64,000 bases of DNA from Candidatus Dormibacteria bacterium (GTDB taxonomy: Bacteria > Chloroflexota > Dormibacteria > Aeolococcales > Aeolococcaceae). The notes under the pieces are model-generated. The model did no database searches and had not been told where the DNA came from. It saw nothing but the letters and a program-made list of their open reading frames with translations. Positions 61,276 through 64,000 of this stretch are shown one piece after another. The position numbers and the translations under genes are program-made. The stretch's first letter is position 1; every line of letters begins with the position of its first letter. The stretch is from positions 7,369 through 71,368 of the forward strand of contig JBMFXB010000008.1 in NCBI GenBank assembly GCA_049964715.1, given 5' to 3'.

Positions 61276-62781
61276 TCATTTTCCTGCAATGGGATGGAGG
61301 GAAGTCGAAGCGTATGCCTGGGCCTGTACAAAGCCACTTCGTTGTATAAGAGAGTCTGAGTGCATTCCCTGACAGCGGCCAGCATACCCCATGAGAGCAT
61401 CACTGAAGCGGCCATTCGGTGTAGGAAGAACGGAATTGAGATGCTGCAGATTCTTGAAGAAAATGGCATTGAACTTTGCAGGCTGGGAAGCGAAATCTCC
61501 AAAGTGATGTATCGCTGCATCGGCAAGACGGACTCCCTGGTGAAGGTATTCCTCCTTCCCGGTAATTTGGTAGAGTAGTGCAGCGTTTCCGACCATGAGT
61601 CCCTGATTGTAGCTCCAGATATGATGGTCCTTTCCATCCACAATAAGCGGTGAGTTGTGCGCGGACATATTGTGCTGTGTCCAGGAATAGGTATGAATTC
61701 CCCATGCAAGGTCAGCTTGACTACCTGTATGCTTCGCGAGTTCAAGGGCAAGCTGTGCAGCACCAGCTGTCGCTGCAGCACTGACCTTGGTGCGGGTGTC
61801 ATTCCAGAACATTCCCCCACCTTGCATATCCCAGCCAGTACGCTCAAATTTCATAATCTGCTTTGCCCGTACAAGGAATTTTCTCTCCCCTGTCAGGGAA
61901 TATATATTGACAAGATCTATGCCTACCCACGCATTATCATCGTAGAAGGCAAGACTGTGCTTCGTTGAATGTGCCACTGGGTATGGAAGATATGCACCAC
62001 GCTTGGCATCCCAGTATGGTACCAACATGCGAAGAACTCTTCTCAGCTTGCCAACAGCGTAGACATTCTCACCAGGGACAGCTGCCAAGGAAATGAGTGC
62101 CGCAATTTCCTGAGACAGGCTCCAAACTGCTGCCCGGTTGTCAGATCCCCGTGTATCCCGGAGTGAGAGGCCCTTGATATGAAACTCCCTGATAAGGTGT
62201 TCATAGGCCGTACGTGGATTGACAACACTTCCAATTCGGGCAGAGGGTAGGTAATCAGCCCTGGTAGCCATTCCCTCAAGTTCCTGACCAAGAGACTCAA
62301 TCTCTGCATGCTGTCTGGACCGAAGCGATTCCAGTTGCGAGAGTACCTCCTCAATGAAAAGTCGAGTGCTGGAAACTTCTGCATCATCTATCGGACTCGT
62401 CGTATCCAGGCGACTCATAGCTTGTGCAATGAGCTGATGTTTTTCTGCCTCACACGAGGCAACAGTCTGGTGTGTTCCGTGAAGTGCACCCAGGGCATCT
62501 CTGATTGCAGTGGAAGTCCCAGCACATCGCTCCTGCATACCGGAAACGTGCTGCAATGCAGCAATTGAAGCAACACCCTTCCAGTTTGAAACAACTTGCT
62601 GAATCCCACCAACTACATGCGCATGTCTAGACTGTTCATCTGCGATTCCACTTAACACACGCAGTGTTTCGGTGACAGGATCGAGATGGAATGGCTCATG
62701 CTCCATCGAAGTCTTCCAGCGCTCTATCTGTTGGCGACATTCTGCAAGCACATGCACATTGTGCAAATCCGAAGCAATCAT
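61276..62781 (-). CDS. WxG-motif helical N-terminus fused to a GH76 glycoside hydrolase; putative T7SS substrate
   Basis: VVSNWKGVAS within a long helical N-terminus; FYDDNAWVG, GGMFWN, WSYNQG; no signal peptide; ATGA overlap with the WXG100-like gene. Confidence 0.8.
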   Translation of the reverse strand: MIASDLHNVHVLAECRQQIERWKTSMEHEPFHLDPVTETLRVLSGIADEQSRHAHVVGGIQQVVSNWKGVASIAALQHVSGMQERCAGTSTAIRDALGALHGTHQTVASCEAEKHQLIAQAMSRLDTTSPIDDAEVSSTRLFIEEVLSQLESLRSRQHAEIESLGQELEGMATRADYLPSARIGSVVNPRTAYEHLIREFHIKGLSLRDTRGSDNRAAVWSLSQEIAALISLAAVPGENVYAVGKLRRVLRMLVPYWDAKRGAYLPYPVAHSTKHSLAFYDDNAWVGIDLVNIYSLTGERKFLVRAKQIMKFERTGWDMQGGGMFWNDTRTKVSAAATAGAAQLALELAKHTGSQADLAWGIHTYSWTQHNMSAHNSPLIVDGKDHHIWSYNQGLMVGNAALLYQITGKEEYLHQGVRLADAAIHHFGDFASQPAKFNAIFFKNLQHLNSVLPTPNGRFSDALMGYAGRCQGMHSDSLIQRSGFVQAQAYASTSLHPIAGK

Positions 62782-63083
62782 GCTGATCGAACCCCACTCA
62801 CCTGCCGTTCTGTTTCCATGTATGCTGCTGCTGCTTCCTCAAGTGCAATAGCCAGAGCCAACATGCCTTCAGCTGTGCGATGGAGAGCTTCACTCCACCG
62901 AGAAGTAAATACGTTGACACCACCTCTTGCTGAAGTCTCGCCAAGTTCACTCGAAAGATGTCGTTCGACATCAGAAAACTGAGCGCACATTGCCTGTTGC
63001 TCAGCCGCACATTTCTTCAGTTCACTGGCTGCAGCAAGGAGCGTATCTGGAGTGACTGCTATTTGACTTGAATTTACGCTCAT
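62778..63083 (-). CDS. WXG100/EsxA-like protein
   Basis: 101 aa; IAVTPDTLLAAA start; helix-turn-helix hairpin; C-terminal AAAAYMETE (YxxxE). The WxG itself is degenerate. Confidence 0.75.
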   Translation of the reverse strand: MSVNSSQIAVTPDTLLAAASELKKCAAEQQAMCAQFSDVERHLSSELGETSARGGVNVFTSRWSEALHRTAEGMLALAIALEEAAAAYMETERQVSGVRSA

Positions 63084-63247
63084 ACATACACCCCGTCACT
63101 GCCTTTGCTCATTCCAGTATCACGGACACAAACAAGGAGGAGTCTGGCTGATGCAGAACTGTTAAAAATCATCCGATCCATACACCCCGTATTGCACTGT
63201 CTTTGCACGAGCACCACTTCCCCCGGTTACACTAGAAAGTAACGTGC

Positions 63248-63335
63248 GGAGGGATGCCGGAGCGGTCGAACGGGGCGGTCTTGAAAACCGTTAAGGTGCA
63301 AGCCTTCTAGGGTTCGAATCCCTATCCCTCCGCCA
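63248..63335 (+). tRNA. tRNA-Ser(TGA)
   Basis: GGAGGGA/TCCCTCC acceptor stem, CTTGAAA anticodon loop, variable arm, GGTTCGAATCC, GCCA end. Confidence 0.95.
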
Positions 63336-63799
63336 CACGATTCATGTCCAGCAAGAAGGGGTGCATCCTAATTTATCCAATTCGGAGAAATCGAAGAGAT
63401 GCTACATTGCGATCACCAATAAATCTATTGGTGCCAACGTCCTCTCAGGCCCCTATCAGTTAATACTGATGGCAGAAGTGCAAGTTCAGTTTCTATTGAT
63501 GGCTTAGTTGATATTTCGGTGGAACCACACACTTGCATCTTCTCCAAAGTGGTCTGCTTTACACCCGAACTAAAAATTCAATTCAACAGATGGTCAGCTG
63601 AATGCATATCGATGCACTGGCAAAAAGTTTCTCCCAGTCTTTCTTGTTCCATTTGTACTGCCACGTCTGGCATTGCAGCTTCACCGGGTTGAGTCTGAGA
63701 TAACACTCTGAGCACCCCTGTCTGCAAATGCACCCTGTATTCATACCCTCAACAGCAGGTCAATCCCGAGTGCAATTCCTCTTCTGTATTGGTTACAGT

Positions 63800-64000
63800 T
63801 CACAGTTCAGCCTGCATTTGAGGTGACATAGCACCACTTCCCTTGAGTCCAGCCGACCTCCGCATGCGGGCAAGATCCCCTTCACTGAGGTGCAGGTATG
63901 GCGTTTGTATTGCTTCATGATAGGCACGTTCTGCCCGCTCCCTGTCCCCATACGTTCCTGCTGCGATGCACAGGTGATAAAGAGCAGATTGGCGAATGCT
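63800..64000 (-). CDS. 3' end of a hypothetical helical (TPR-like) protein ending ...SPQMQAEL
   Basis: Manual translation: SIRQSALYHLCIAAGTYGDRERAERAYHEAI...RMRRSAGLKGSGAMSPQMQAEL*; 5' end lies outside the window. Confidence 0.5.
   Translation of the reverse strand, partial: SIRQSALYHLCIAAGTYGDRERAERAYHEAIQTPYLHLSEGDLARMRRSAGLKGSGAMSPQMQAEL

Noticed and set aside
63085-63190. 12-bp direct repeat CATACACCCCGT upstream of the WXG100-like gene
   Set aside because: Only two short copies, one overlapping the RBS; chance cannot be excluded.
63248-63335. Selenocysteine or opal-suppressor tRNA
   Set aside because: Anticodon TGA reads UCA (Ser); tRNA-Sec would have TCA and a longer acceptor arm.

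Overview
Bacterial chromosomal window of moderate GC. The gene mix (Actinobacteria-like cbs/metB and aceE, Firmicutes-like trmK, lipoproteins, no outer-membrane genes) suggests a monoderm Terrabacteria lineage such as Dormibacterota or Chloroflexota; this is inference only. The backbone is housekeeping and catabolic: cbs-metB, aceE, a gabT-aldH-hydrolase-FAD oxidase operon, GDP-mannose genes, metK, carboxylase/HMG-CoA lyase, rnhA, rnhB, lon, nrtR-pncB-pncA with a clear NrtR operator, hppD-hmgA-fahA, and two tRNA-Ser genes. Many orphan genes are interspersed. The most notable signals are: (1) a type VII secretion-like pair, a WXG100-like protein with YxxxE coupled to a WxG-helical protein carrying a GH76 glycosidase domain, near a second membrane-anchored GH76; (2) unrelated orphan proteins that share a short C-terminal G-hydrophobic-x-hydrophobic tail, a possible translocation signal; (3) a MoxR AAA+/VWA pair with a dead peptidase motif and a 16x QQQQGG linker; (4) a possible dispersed zincin/pseudo-zincin family; (5) non-coding structures including a triple DnaA-box cluster, a 36-bp perfect palindrome and an RBS-occluding hairpin. 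No CRISPR array, integrase or transposase was recognised.
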